Source: Clostridiales bacterium
GTDB taxonomy: Bacteria; Bacillota; Clostridia; Peptostreptococcales; NVVX01
Assembly: GCA_021129775.1 (NCBI GenBank)
Contig: JAJOKP010000067.1
Coordinates: 2,794 to 66,793 of the forward strand
Length of the DNA stretch: 64,000 nt
Reading direction: 5' to 3'
Shown: piece after piece, positions 43,315 through 54,109 of the stretch
How the letters are laid out: each line of letters starts with the position of its first letter
Position numbering within the stretch: position 1 is the first letter of the stretch
Made by a program: the position numbers and the translations under genes
The notes under the pieces: model-generated
Told to the model about the DNA's origin: nothing
The model's input: the letters and a program-made list of their open reading frames with translations, nothing else
Databases searched by the model: none

Positions 43315-43826
43315 TTGAGAAAAAGAAAAATGGGAATTGTTAGTTTATTGTTGGTGATAACTGTATTGTTTGTTTCATGTATAGGCACAGAACGAAAGAA
43401 CGTTTCAACATTAATGCGCCTGAAACCGAAAGATGGATAACGCCTAAGTGGGATATACAACTTGGGAATAATGATATTGAAGTAGAAAATGAATCTATCA
43501 TAATAGTGCTTATGGATGGGAAGGTAGCATCAGCTGGAGAAGATTTTGTTAAGCTTCTACGGAGATTTAAAAGAGTAATTTTTGTAGGGGAAAATAGTGC
43601 CGGAGCATTATTAATTGGGAATGTAGGTACGTATTTATTACCAAATTCAAATATTAAGGTCACGTTTGGGTTTACAATGTTTGAAGATCCGACAAAAAAG
43701 AACAAAGAGTGGCTAGGACTAAGTCCTGATTTTTGGGTTGCGCCTGAAGACGCACTGGAAAGAGTTATTAAAATGATTCGGAAATATGATCTGGAAAAGA
43801 TGAATAGTACAGACATGGATTCGTAG
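43315..43826 (+). pseudogene. S41-peptidase lipoprotein with large internal deletion
   Basis: Signal peptide and lipobox (LFVSC) in one frame, then ASAGEDF..VGENSAG..GLSPD in another. Confidence 0.6.
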
Positions 43827-43861
43827 AGCGAGTAGCCATTTATTAGTGTTCACAAACAAAA

Positions 43862-43893
43862 AGAGACTGTTTATTATATAACAAACAGTCTCT
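43862..43893. terminator. Terminator hairpin between convergent genes
   Basis: agagactgttt...aaacagtctct. Confidence 0.65.
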
Positions 43894-43900
43894 AACCCAA

Positions 43901-45547
43901 TCACTTACCAAGCAATATAGAAATCGACAAAAGCTCATGCTGCAAATCAAGCAGTTTATTCTTAAGAGCATCATAATTCTTCTTAAGTATTTTATCGTCT
44001 ATAAACTTGTCCGTATTTTGCACTAGTCCTTCAAATTGATCGTAAACTTCTTGTAACTCTTTTAGTATGTTTTCTTTCCTTTGCACTGGCTCTAGCAGTT
44101 CTCCTGAATAAGCTTTTAGAACATCATTTTCAACTTCAAAAGCATATCCCATATTTGGTATTATAGCTTGAATATTCAATTCCTCATTTATTAATCTGGC
44201 AAATGGAATACTAGATTCTTCCTCGCCATGTACAATAAAAATTTTCTTTGGTTTCTTTTTAAAACTACTTATCCAATTGATTAAATCTTGCTGATCTGCG
44301 TGAGCAGAAAAACCATCAATACTATGAATCTCAGCTTTCACTGCAACTTCTTCGCCTAAAAGCTTTACTTTAGTAGCACCATCTTTTAATTTTCTGCCTA
44401 AAGTCCCGTTTGCTTGATATCCTACAAACACGACACTATTCTTAGCTTTCCAAAGATTATGCTTTAAATGATGCCTAATTCTTCCTGCTGTGCACATGCC
44501 GCTTGCTGAAATTACTACTTTGGGGAAGTCAGAAGTATTAAGCCGCTTAGATTCCTTGACGTCTCTGACAAAGAACAAATTGTCAAATTCAAGTGGATTA
44601 TCACCGCTAAGTATTAATTTCTTTGTTTTGTCATCAAACGAATCGACATTCTTTGCAAAAATCTCAGTGGCGGATATTGCCATAGGACTGTCAATATATA
44701 TAGGTACTCTCATAAATGATTCAATATCATCTGCATACTCGTAATATTGATTTAACTCATAAATTAGTTCTTGAGTTCTTCCAACTGCAAAAGATGGGAT
44801 TAAAATAGTTCCTCCGCGCGCTACAGTTTTATCAATAATTCTTGTTAGCTTTTTGACTCTGTCGTCAATATCTTCATGTAATCTATTTCCATAGGTTGAC
44901 TCAATGATTAAATAATCAGCTGACTTTACAATTTGAGGATCCCTAATAATTGGCTTATTAGGTGTACCTAAATCTCCAGAAAAAACGATTTTTACAGTGT
45001 CTTTTTCTTCTTCCACCCAAAGCTCAATTATAGCAGAGCCAAGAATGTGTCCAGCATCTTTAAATCTAATAGATATATGTCCGTTAATATTAAATTTCTG
45101 GTTATACAATACAGGCTTAAAATGACGTAAACTAGTTACTGCATCCTCAGCAGTGTAAAGAGGTTCAAGGGGTGGTTTGGCTGATCTTGCTCTTTTTTTG
45201 TTTTCCCACTGGATATCAGACTCATGAATATGACCACTATCAACTAGCATTATTTGAGACAAATCGTAAGTTGCTTTAGTAGAGTAGATTTTTCCTTTAA
45301 AGCCCTCTTTGACTAGTTTAGGGATTCTCCCAGCATGGTCTATGTGCGCATGGCTGAGCAGAAGGAAATCAATCTCTTTCGGGTCAAACTCAAAATCGTT
45401 GTAATTTAACTTCTCTAGTTCTTCACTTCCTTGGAATAGCCCACAGTCAATTAAAATTTTATATTTATTTGTTGTTATTAAATAATTGGAACCTGTGACT
45501 ACTTTGGCAGCGCCTAAAAATTGGATTTTCAAATTTATCTCCCCCAT
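43901..45547 (-). CDS. MBL-fold beta-CASP ribonuclease
   Basis: SHAHIDH, AGHILGS, FSGDLG, ESTYG, SASGMC, FSAHAD. Confidence 0.9.
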   Translation of the reverse strand: MGEINLKIQFLGAAKVVTGSNYLITTNKYKILIDCGLFQGSEELEKLNYNDFEFDPKEIDFLLLSHAHIDHAGRIPKLVKEGFKGKIYSTKATYDLSQIMLVDSGHIHESDIQWENKKRARSAKPPLEPLYTAEDAVTSLRHFKPVLYNQKFNINGHISIRFKDAGHILGSAIIELWVEEEKDTVKIVFSGDLGTPNKPIIRDPQIVKSADYLIIESTYGNRLHEDIDDRVKKLTRIIDKTVARGGTILIPSFAVGRTQELIYELNQYYEYADDIESFMRVPIYIDSPMAISATEIFAKNVDSFDDKTKKLILSGDNPLEFDNLFFVRDVKESKRLNTSDFPKVVISASGMCTAGRIRHHLKHNLWKAKNSVVFVGYQANGTLGRKLKDGATKVKLLGEEVAVKAEIHSIDGFSAHADQQDLINWISSFKKKPKKIFIVHGEEESSIPFARLINEELNIQAIIPNMGYAFEVENDVLKAYSGELLEPVQRKENILKELQEVYDQFEGLVQNTDKFIDDKILKKNYDALKNKLLDLQHELLSISILLGK

Positions 45548-45621
45548 GTGAGTGTTTTTTATAAAAGATATTGTTAAAACAGCTTGAACTATTTGAATAG
45601 CAGTATTAAGCTATAGGAAAT

Positions 45622-46857
45622 CTATGAAAGCAAGTACTTTTTCTTCAAAACAATACTAAGACCAACACCAACAACAGACATAATTCCTGCAGAAAAAAAA
45701 GTAGGAGTATAACTTCCATTTAAGTCAAAGATCCACGAACCGATAGCAGGAGCAATTGCACCTATTCCTAAAGCGGTTATAACTAATCCGTAGTTAACGC
45801 CGAGGTTCTTAGTGCCAAAACATATAGCTGTAAGTGTAGGGAATACTGCAAGAGTTACAGCAACACCCCATCCAAACATAGCGGAAGATATATATAGTGT
45901 TATAGCGGTTGTTGCAAACAAATGAAAAGTTAAAAAAGCAATTGACTGAAGTGAATAGGTTAAAATCATAACCCAAACAACACCGAACTTATCACTTAAA
46001 TACCCCGCAAGAGGTCGCCCTAATCCGTTAAATCCCGCAAAAATAGATATTGCAATTGATGCTTCAATCGGTGTTAGTCCTAGAATTTTTTCTCCAAAAG
46101 CAGGGAGTAAACCAATACACATCATTCCACCTGCGATAACGAGGAGAAATACAAACCACATAGTGTAAAAAACAGGACTTTTTAGAACTTCTATTGGAGT
46201 TGCTTCATTACGAACTTCAGATGTCTTATTTTTATTTTGTTTAGGAGTCCAGTCTCTAGGTGTCCATCCTACTGGAGGATCTCTAAACAACCAGGAAGCA
46301 AAAAGGCATACAACTGCAGCGAGGATTCCCATGAAAAATAGAGTTTTCTCAATACCAAATCTAGGCAAGAGGAAATCTGCCTTTAATGGCGCAACAAATA
46401 ATGCGGCTAACCCTACACCACTTACTGCTACAGAAATCGCAAACCCTGATTTATCTGGAAACCATTTTCTTGCAGTAGGCGCTGTACAAGCGTATGTTAG
46501 CGCGCTAGCAGTACCACCTAGAACTCCGTATGTAAAGACTAACCACCAAGGAGAGGGGAAATAGCCAACTAAAGATGCAAGTCCATAAGCAACGAAAAAT
46601 AATATAGAACCGATAATTGAGATTTTCTTTGGTCCATATTTGTCCTGAAGTTTGCCAGCAGGAAGCATAATGAAAGCTAAGAACAAAATATATACTGTAA
46701 AAGGTAGAGATGCTTCTGCTGTAGACCAATTGTACTTTTCAGACAATGGGACAATAAAAACCCCCCAAGCATAGGAAAACCCACCCATTAGAGCAACTAA
46801 AAACCCCGCAAAAGGGATACTCCATCGTGTTAAAACATAAGGCTTATTATTGCTCAT
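45622..46857 (-). CDS. OFA-family MFS transporter
   Basis: About 12 TM segments; YAWGVF, GKLQDKYGPK, KWFPDKSGFA, FGTKNLGVNYG. Confidence 0.85.
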   Translation of the reverse strand: MSNNKPYVLTRWSIPFAGFLVALMGGFSYAWGVFIVPLSEKYNWSTAEASLPFTVYILFLAFIMLPAGKLQDKYGPKKISIIGSILFFVAYGLASLVGYFPSPWWLVFTYGVLGGTASALTYACTAPTARKWFPDKSGFAISVAVSGVGLAALFVAPLKADFLLPRFGIEKTLFFMGILAAVVCLFASWLFRDPPVGWTPRDWTPKQNKNKTSEVRNEATPIEVLKSPVFYTMWFVFLLVIAGGMMCIGLLPAFGEKILGLTPIEASIAISIFAGFNGLGRPLAGYLSDKFGVVWVMILTYSLQSIAFLTFHLFATTAITLYISSAMFGWGVAVTLAVFPTLTAICFGTKNLGVNYGLVITALGIGAIAPAIGSWIFDLNGSYTPTFFSAGIMSVVGVGLSIVLKKKYLLS

Positions 46858-46998
46858 ATATCTTCCTCCATATCATCTAAATGCACATAAAAATTATAAC
46901 ATATAATGAACATAAATTATTATAATTCTTTAAAGGAATTTAGTAAAAAAAATAGAATATTAAATTATAAGAATTGAGTGAAAAAGGAGGTATCTGTG

Positions 46999-47871
46999 GT
47001 GAAAGAGTTTGAATATTATAAACCGAGTACATTAAATGAAGCGAGCGAGATTTTGAGTAAGTACAAAGAAGAAGCGTGTATTTTTAACGGGGGAACAGAC
47101 TTAATTGTAAGAATGAGAGATGAGATGACGAAACCCAAAGTTGTAGTAAATATAAAAGAAATTGAAAAGCTTCATGAAATATCATATGAAAAGGAAAAAT
47201 GGATAAGTATCGGAGCATGCGTAACTCTTAATGAATTGTCTAAATGCAAAATGATTAGCGAGAAGTATAAAATACTAACAGATGCAATACATAATATTGG
47301 ATCAATTCAGCTTAGAAATCTCGCTACTATGATAGGGAATATATGCAATGCATCTCCACTTGCAGATTCTGCGACACCTTTATTAGTGCTAGATGCAAAA
47401 GCAGTGATATTCGGGGCGGATGGTGTTAGGAAAGTTCTAGTTAAAGAGTTTATTGCAGGGGTGAGAAGAACTGATTTAAAGATTGGGGAGATAGTCGTCG
47501 CAATCGAAGTACCTATATACGAGAAAAGTATAGTTGGTTCATTTCACAAAATATCAAGAAGAAAAATGGTCGATTTGTCTACAGTATGTGGTACAGTTGC
47601 TAAAGTTAACGGAGAGATTAGAATAGCACTTGGCGCAGTAAGCCCTACACCTGTTAGAGCATTAAGAACAGAGGAGTACTTAAAAGGAAAAATACTAGAA
47701 GCTGAGATTATTAAAGGTGCAGAAGAAAAAGTTGTTGAGGATATTTCACCAATAACTGATATTAGAGCGTCTAAGGAATATAGAATTGATATGGCAAAAT
47801 TGATTGTTAAAAGAGGGTTAATGCATTTGAGAGATAGTGAGTTAAAGTGGGGTGAGCAAAGTGAAGCATAA
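46999..47871 (+). CDS. Xanthine dehydrogenase-family FAD subunit
   Basis: GGTDL, RNLATMIGNICNASPLADS, PITDIRASKEYR. Confidence 0.9.
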   Translation: MKEFEYYKPSTLNEASEILSKYKEEACIFNGGTDLIVRMRDEMTKPKVVVNIKEIEKLHEISYEKEKWISIGACVTLNELSKCKMISEKYKILTDAIHNIGSIQLRNLATMIGNICNASPLADSATPLLVLDAKAVIFGADGVRKVLVKEFIAGVRRTDLKIGEIVVAIEVPIYEKSIVGSFHKISRRKMVDLSTVCGTVAKVNGEIRIALGAVSPTPVRALRTEEYLKGKILEAEIIKGAEEKVVEDISPITDIRASKEYRIDMAKLIVKRGLMHLRDSELKWGEQSEA

Positions 47872-48370
47872 GATAAGTTTTGTATTGAATTATGAGAAAA
47901 CAGAGCATTATGTAAAACCTAACACTACGCTCTTAAACATGCTTAGAGAGGATTTTGACCTAACAGGAGCAAAAGAAGGCTGTGGAGCGGGGGAATGTGG
48001 AGCTTGCACAACACTTTTTAATAACAAAGCAGTCAATGCCTGTTTAGTCTTGGCAATTGAAGTAGACAAAGCTGAAATAATTACGATAGAAGGTCTTTCC
48101 AAAGGACGAGAGCTAGACGAATTACAGGAATCATTTATTGATAATGCTGCACTTCAGTGCGGATACTGTACTCCAGGTATGATAATGTCTGCAAAGGCAC
48201 TTTTAAATAGGAATTCAAAGCCAACAGAAAATGAGATTAAAGAAGCTATAAGTGGGAATTTATGTAGATGTACAGGATACAAAAAAATCGTAGAAGCAAT
48301 TAGTAGCGTAGCTACTAGGAATGATAAAAAAGAGAGCATGAATGCACAAAAAGGTGGTGACACGGAGTGA
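47852..48370 (+). CDS. Xanthine dehydrogenase-family 2Fe-2S subunit
   Basis: GCGAGECGACT, QCGYCTPG, GNLCRCTGY. Confidence 0.92.
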   Translation: MSKVKHKISFVLNYEKTEHYVKPNTTLLNMLREDFDLTGAKEGCGAGECGACTTLFNNKAVNACLVLAIEVDKAEIITIEGLSKGRELDELQESFIDNAALQCGYCTPGMIMSAKALLNRNSKPTENEIKEAISGNLCRCTGYKKIVEAISSVATRNDKKESMNAQKGGDTE

Positions 48371-50691
48371 AATACGTTGGTGAAAGTTTTAAAAGAGTAG
48401 ATGGAGTTAAAAAAGCTACAGGAACGCTAAAGTATGTTGATGATTTAAAGCCGACTAGATTTCTACATGCTTCTGTTAAAAGAAGCCCTCATGCACATGC
48501 TAGAATATTGAATATTAATGTGAACGAGGCAAAAAAATTGAAGGGCGTTAAGGCTGTAATTACAGGGAGAGAGTTTAGTGGTGCAAAATGCTGTAAGCGA
48601 GTGGGATTATACTTGGAGGATAAAACTTTTTTGGCGGTTGAGAAGGTTATATATGTTGGTGAAGCGGTAGCAGCAGTAGCAGCCGAGACTAAAGAAATAG
48701 CAGATGAGGCAGTTAAACTTATTGAGGTAGAATATGAAATATTGCCTAAAGTTATTAATGCCAGAAAAGCATTAGATAAAGATGCGCCATTGGTGCATCC
48801 AAATCTTGCCAATTACAAATATGCACCAATATTTTTTCCAGAGCCGAATACAAATATAAGTAATCATTTTAAATTAAGAAAAGGCGATGTTGAAAAAGGA
48901 TTTGAAGAAGCGGATTTAATTGTGGAAAATGAGTTTTTCGTGCCACATATTCAACATGCGCCAATAGAAAATCACAGTGCAATTGCTCAAATAGATGCTG
49001 ATGGAGCGCTAACTGTTTGGGCAAGTTGTCAATCACCTTATGCTGTTAGGCAAGCCCTGTCAGTAGCATTCGATATTCCGCTAAACAAATTAAGAGTTAT
49101 TTCTCCCGCTATTGGTGGTGGGTTTGGTAGTAAGGCAGGCACGACATTAGAGGGAATAATTATACCGCTAGCGATGCGCACAAATGGTAGAGCAGTAAAG
49201 CTCACTTATTCTAGAGAAGATGAATTTGTAAGTAGTTTTGTTAGGCAAGCATTATTTGCTAAAATGAAAACAGGAGTTAGAAAAGATGGTAAAATTCTGG
49301 CTATGAAGAATGAGTTCATATGGGATGGTGGAGCTTTTACCGAGTACGGCGTAAATATTGTAAAAGCAGGAGGTTATGCATCTACAGGGCCTTATGAAGT
49401 TGGAAATGTGTGGACGGATTCTATATGTGCGTATACAAACCATCCTGTGGGTGGACCATATAGAGGTTTTGGAATGTCAGAAATTCAATTTGGAATTGAG
49501 CAAAATTTAGATATTATCGCTGATAAACTAGGAATAGATAAAATTGAAATAAGAAGAACTAATGCTTTAAAAGCAGGTAGTTACACATCTATGGGTGAAA
49601 AGTTGGATATGTGTGGACTGATTGACTGTTTAGATGTTGTAGTAAATGAAATGGATTTTAACAAAAAAGAAAAGAGTTCCAGTCCTAACAAAGCTAGAGG
49701 TAAAGGGTTGGCTTGCGTATTTAAAGCGCCTTCAATGCCTACAAATGTTGCATCATCTGCTATTATTAAATTAAACGAAGATGGCACGGCTCATTTGTTG
49801 GTTACAGCTCAAGACATGGGACAAGGGTCAGACACTGTGCTTACACAAATCGCTGCTGAAGTATTATCAATTCATCCAGATAAAATTACAATTAAAACTG
49901 GCGATACTGACCATACGCCGTATGAATGGCAAACAGTAGCAAGTAGAACAACTTACTGTGCAGGAAATTCTGTTAAATCTGCATGTGAAGATGTTAAGAA
50001 ACAATTGCTAGAGTTAGCACAGATTAAAATCGGTATGTATAAAAGGGATTTAGAATTAAGAGATGGTTATGTTGTGTCTAAAATTTACCCAGATAAAAAA
50101 TTGCCTATTTCAGAATTGGCTTTAGGGTTAACATTAGAAGATGGTTCAGGAATACACGGTCCAATTATTGGGCGTGGTGTGTTTATCCCACCAAATATTA
50201 GAAATGTAGACAAAGAAACAGGACTAGGCGAAAAACCAGTAGTTTTCTGGACATTTGGGTCGCAAGGAGTGGAAATTGAAGTAGACATTGAAACAGGCCA
50301 AATCAGAGTACTTGAAGTAGTATCTTGTTTTGATGTTGGTAAAGTAGTTAATCCACAATTAATTGAAGGACAGGTTGAAGGTGGAATTGTACAAGGGATT
50401 GGGTCAGCACTATTTGAAGAATTGATTATTGAGGGTGGGGAAGTAAAAAACAAGTCATTTGTCGACTATAAAATACCAACTGCTGACGATATGCCTAAAA
50501 TGACAATAAGGTTTGTCGAAAATCCAGAAGAAACAGGACCTTTTGGAGCAAGAGCAATTGCAGAAGTTTGCATGGTTGCTGCTGCACCGGCCATAGCCAA
50601 TGCGCTTTATGATGCGGTAGGGATTAGAATAAACACCATGCCGTTGACAGCTGAGAGAGTATTGAAGGCGATAAAAGAAAAGAATAAATGA
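48367..50691 (+). CDS. Xanthine dehydrogenase-family molybdopterin subunit
   Basis: RSPHAHA, GGGFGSK, PYRGFG, GQVEGG, GPFGARAIAE (catalytic Glu). Confidence 0.92.
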   Translation: MKYVGESFKRVDGVKKATGTLKYVDDLKPTRFLHASVKRSPHAHARILNINVNEAKKLKGVKAVITGREFSGAKCCKRVGLYLEDKTFLAVEKVIYVGEAVAAVAAETKEIADEAVKLIEVEYEILPKVINARKALDKDAPLVHPNLANYKYAPIFFPEPNTNISNHFKLRKGDVEKGFEEADLIVENEFFVPHIQHAPIENHSAIAQIDADGALTVWASCQSPYAVRQALSVAFDIPLNKLRVISPAIGGGFGSKAGTTLEGIIIPLAMRTNGRAVKLTYSREDEFVSSFVRQALFAKMKTGVRKDGKILAMKNEFIWDGGAFTEYGVNIVKAGGYASTGPYEVGNVWTDSICAYTNHPVGGPYRGFGMSEIQFGIEQNLDIIADKLGIDKIEIRRTNALKAGSYTSMGEKLDMCGLIDCLDVVVNEMDFNKKEKSSSPNKARGKGLACVFKAPSMPTNVASSAIIKLNEDGTAHLLVTAQDMGQGSDTVLTQIAAEVLSIHPDKITIKTGDTDHTPYEWQTVASRTTYCAGNSVKSACEDVKKQLLELAQIKIGMYKRDLELRDGYVVSKIYPDKKLPISELALGLTLEDGSGIHGPIIGRGVFIPPNIRNVDKETGLGEKPVVFWTFGSQGVEIEVDIETGQIRVLEVVSCFDVGKVVNPQLIEGQVEGGIVQGIGSALFEELIIEGGEVKNKSFVDYKIPTADDMPKMTIRFVENPEETGPFGARAIAEVCMVAAAPAIANALYDAVGIRINTMPLTAERVLKAIKEKNK

Positions 50692-50829
50692 ACACCCTAT
50701 TATATGTGTTCAAAATGATTCTAGTAATGTTAAGTTTATCAAACTAATTTATAACGGGCATGAAGTTTTGGAGGATTAAGGCTAATTTGTAAATCTTGCG
50801 AGAGAAAAATATAAGAGAGGTGGTTAGAA

Positions 50830-52044
50830 ATGAGTAAGGAAGAAATGGCAATACGAGACATGAGTGAATTGTCAAAAGGAAAGAACGTGGTTTTAGGATT
50901 ACAACATTTATTTACAATGTTTGGTGCTACAGTTCTAGTGCCGATAATTACTGGTTTAAACATCTCAGTCGCTTTATTTATGGCTGGAGTAGGAACATTA
51001 TTATTTCATTTTGTCACAAAAGGCAAAGTGCCAGTGTTTTTAGGGTCTTCATTTGCATTTATTGCACCTATGATAGCTGTAACAGAGATGTCAAGCTTAC
51101 AGCATGCGCAAGGGGGGATAGTTGTAGCAGGATTGGTATATTTTGTAATAGCAGGGTTAATTCATTTGTTTGGCCCTGAAAAGATAATTAGTTTTTTCCC
51201 ACCTGTTGTGACAGGCTCAATAATTATGGTAATTGGATTAAAACTTGCGCCGATAGCTATTAAAATGGCGAGAAATAATTGGACACTCGCAGTAGTCAGT
51301 TTTGTAATTGTTGCAATAGTCAGCGTGTATATGAAAGGCTTTATTAAAGTTTTGCCTGTAATATTTGGTTTACTAGGTGGGTATGTAGTGGCATTGATAC
51401 TTGGGGTTGTTGATTTTGCACCAGTTATAGAGGCATCATGGTTAGGGATACCTGAATTTACAGTTGCAAGATTTAGTCTGACAACAGTTTTGATGGTTGC
51501 TCCTGTGGCAATAGCAGTTGCAGTCGAGCATATAGGCGATGTGTTAGCAATCCGAGGGATTACAGGAGAGGATTATATAAAAGACCCAGGCTTACATCGT
51601 ACTATGCTAGGTGATGGGCTAGCAACAGCAGTATCAGCTATGTTTGGTGGACCAGCTAATACTACGTATTCAGAAAACACAGGAGTTTTGGCGTTGACAA
51701 AAGTTTATGATCCGTTGGCTATGCGAATTGCAGCTTGCTTTGCTATACTTCTTGCGATTGTTCCAAAACTTGATGCGATATTAGCTACTATACCGACTGG
51801 GGTTATTGGTGGTATATCAATAATTCTATTTGGGATGATAGCTGCAGTAGGTGGTAAAATATTTGTTACAAACAAAGTGGATTTCATGAAGTCTAGAAAT
51901 CTAATTATTACGGCGGCTGTACTTGTTCTTGGGATTGGCGGGGCAGCTATACCAATAAATGTTGGGGCGGTTAGCTTCGCTATAGATGGGATGGCATTAG
52001 CGGCAATCATAGGAATTATCTTAAACAAAATTCTACCTGAATAA
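50830..52044 (+). CDS. NCS2 nucleobase permease (UraA/PyrP-like)
   Basis: QHLFTMFGATVLVP, LGSSFAF, EHIGD, NTTYSENTGV. Confidence 0.88.
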   Translation: MSKEEMAIRDMSELSKGKNVVLGLQHLFTMFGATVLVPIITGLNISVALFMAGVGTLLFHFVTKGKVPVFLGSSFAFIAPMIAVTEMSSLQHAQGGIVVAGLVYFVIAGLIHLFGPEKIISFFPPVVTGSIIMVIGLKLAPIAIKMARNNWTLAVVSFVIVAIVSVYMKGFIKVLPVIFGLLGGYVVALILGVVDFAPVIEASWLGIPEFTVARFSLTTVLMVAPVAIAVAVEHIGDVLAIRGITGEDYIKDPGLHRTMLGDGLATAVSAMFGGPANTTYSENTGVLALTKVYDPLAMRIAACFAILLAIVPKLDAILATIPTGVIGGISIILFGMIAAVGGKIFVTNKVDFMKSRNLIITAAVLVLGIGGAAIPINVGAVSFAIDGMALAAIIGIILNKILPE

Positions 52045-52086
52045 TATTATTTTTAGCTATTCTTTCTCTCGCAATTTTATATAAAG

Positions 52087-52166
52087 GCAAACGGGGGCGA
52101 TTCTTATTTTGCTTTTCAAGTGAAAATAAGGTGGTGAAAAGCAAAGCAAAAACCGTCCTCGTTTGC
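52087..52166. repeat. Inverted doublet of the GGGACGGTT-type REP-like palindrome
   Basis: gcaaacgggggcgattcttattttgc (52087-52112) and gcaaagcaaaaaccgtcctcgtttgc (52141-52166). Confidence 0.65.
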
Positions 52167-52176
52167 TTTGGGCATT

Positions 52177-53199
52177 ATGAGAAAAGACATAATCAAAATT
52201 GAGGATGCTGTGGGAACAGTATTAGCACATGATGTAACAAAAATTGTACCAGGTGTATTTAAAGGCGCTGCCTTTAAAAGAGGGCATATTATCAAGAGGA
52301 AAGATGTTGAAATATTAAGAAATATGGGTAAAAATCATGTAACTATTCTAACCCTTGGAAAAAATGAATTACATGAAGATGAAGCAGCAATTCGTATAGC
52401 TGAAAATGTTGCAGGGACAGGAATAAGAAAAAGTCTGCCTTCTGAAGGCAAAGTGGATATGGTTGCAGAATACAGAGGAATACTGAAAGTAAATACTGAT
52501 TTGCTATTTAAGACAAATGTTAACGAAAAAATTGTTTTAGCTACACTTCATAATAACACTGTAGTAGAAGAAGATACACGTGTTGCAGGCACGAGGATTA
52601 TTCCTTTAGCTATTAGAGAAGATGAAATTGAGAAAGTTGAAAACCTGCTAACGAATGAAAAGATAATCAGAGTAGAAAAGTTATATCCACGAAAAACTGC
52701 AATACTTGTGACAGGAACTGAAGTGTATTCAGGGAGGATTACTGATAAGTTTGGCAGTGTATTAAAGAAGAAGATTATTGATTATGGCGCGGAATTTGTA
52801 GATATAGCATATGCACCAGATGATTCTAAGATTATAGAAACTAAAATATTAAATTTGGTAAGTAAAGGAGCAGAGGTCGTGTTAGTATCGGGAGGAATGT
52901 CTGTTGATGCTGACGACGTGACACCTGCTGCGATAAGGAGCGTTACATCAGAAGTTATCTCTTATGGATCTCCTGTGCTTCCGGGGGCGATGTTTATGTT
53001 AGCATACATAGGAAATGTTGCAATACTAGGAGTTCCAGGGTGTGCTATGTATCATAAAGCAACAGCTCTTGACTTAATTTATCCTAGAGTTCTTTCAAAA
53101 GAAAAAATCACGAGAAAAGATATTATTTCATTAGCACATGGCGGATTGTGTTTGGGATGTAAAGAATGCACTTTTCCAATATGCCCGTTTGGGAAATGA
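52177..53199 (+). CDS. Molybdopterin-binding protein (MoeA-like)
   Basis: HDVTKIVPG, LHEDEAA, GGMSVDADD, PVLPGAMF, C-terminal CxxCxxCxFPxC. Confidence 0.85.
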   Translation: MRKDIIKIEDAVGTVLAHDVTKIVPGVFKGAAFKRGHIIKRKDVEILRNMGKNHVTILTLGKNELHEDEAAIRIAENVAGTGIRKSLPSEGKVDMVAEYRGILKVNTDLLFKTNVNEKIVLATLHNNTVVEEDTRVAGTRIIPLAIREDEIEKVENLLTNEKIIRVEKLYPRKTAILVTGTEVYSGRITDKFGSVLKKKIIDYGAEFVDIAYAPDDSKIIETKILNLVSKGAEVVLVSGGMSVDADDVTPAAIRSVTSEVISYGSPVLPGAMFMLAYIGNVAILGVPGCAMYHKATALDLIYPRVLSKEKITRKDIISLAHGGLCLGCKECTFPICPFGK

Positions 53200-53220
53200 A
53201 AGAATTATCCTTATTTGTGT

Positions 53221-53298
53221 AGTCGTTATATCAAAATCTAAACTAAGGTTTAAAGGTGGATTTTGATGAAACTTTGTCAGACTTCGCCCAAGTCGTTA
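53221..53298. repeat. ~77-bp element bounded by AGTCGTTA direct repeats (copy 2)
   Basis: Homologous to 9989-10065. Confidence 0.75.
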
Positions 53299-53313
53299 GG
53301 GGAAGGTGATTAT

Positions 53314-54096
53314 TTGAAATACATTGACTTATTAAACCTAAATGTAGATAAAAAAAATGTAATTTCTTTCGTAGGCGCTGGTGGGAAAACTACTACAATG
53401 TTTGAGATTGCAAAAGAGATGAAAAGCCTAGGCAAAAAAGTGTTAGTTACGACTACAACAAAACTGTTTTTTCCTAATAAAAATCAATACGATAGTATAA
53501 TCATATCTAAAGATTATGACGAAATTATTAGTACGGTAATTTTTTTTTCTGGTAAAATCATAACAGTGATTTGTAATGAGATTATATATACTAATGAGTA
53601 TGAAAATAAATCCTTCAAAAAAATAAAAGGGATTGAGAAAGACTGGATAAGTAGGTTTTACAATGAGGATATATTTGATGCGATACTAGTTGAAGCTGAT
53701 GGAGCAAAAGGGAAGTTAGTAAAGGCGCCAGCTATTTTTGAACCTGTAATACCTAAAGAAACGAATATAGTTGTTGGGATAATAGGATTTGGATGTTATG
53801 GAAAGCCAATTAATCAAGAGTGGGTCCACAGACCCGAACTATTTGCTAAAATTGCTGGAAAATCTTTAGGTGATGCGATAGATAGTGAATCACTTGTAAA
53901 TCTAATTACTTCAACAACTGGAATATTTAAAGATGCACCTAAAAATAGTAAGTGTATAGTGTTGTTGAATGTAAGGGACACGAATGCTGCTTTGGAAGAG
54001 CAAGCTGAAATCGTAGCTAAATTAGCACTAGCAAAAAGTAGAAGTAGCTTAGTGAAAATTACTGATGTTGTAATAAATACGTATACAAGCATTTAA
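53314..54096 (+). CDS. yqeC: Selenium-dependent hydroxylase accessory protein YqeC
   Basis: FVGAGGKTT, VTTTTK, LVEADGAK, KAP..EPVIP, HRPE. Confidence 0.85.
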   Translation: MKYIDLLNLNVDKKNVISFVGAGGKTTTMFEIAKEMKSLGKKVLVTTTTKLFFPNKNQYDSIIISKDYDEIISTVIFFSGKIITVICNEIIYTNEYENKSFKKIKGIEKDWISRFYNEDIFDAILVEADGAKGKLVKAPAIFEPVIPKETNIVVGIIGFGCYGKPINQEWVHRPELFAKIAGKSLGDAIDSESLVNLITSTTGIFKDAPKNSKCIVLLNVRDTNAALEEQAEIVAKLALAKSRSSLVKITDVVINTYTSI

Positions 54097-54109
54097 ATGG
54101 GGTGGCGCA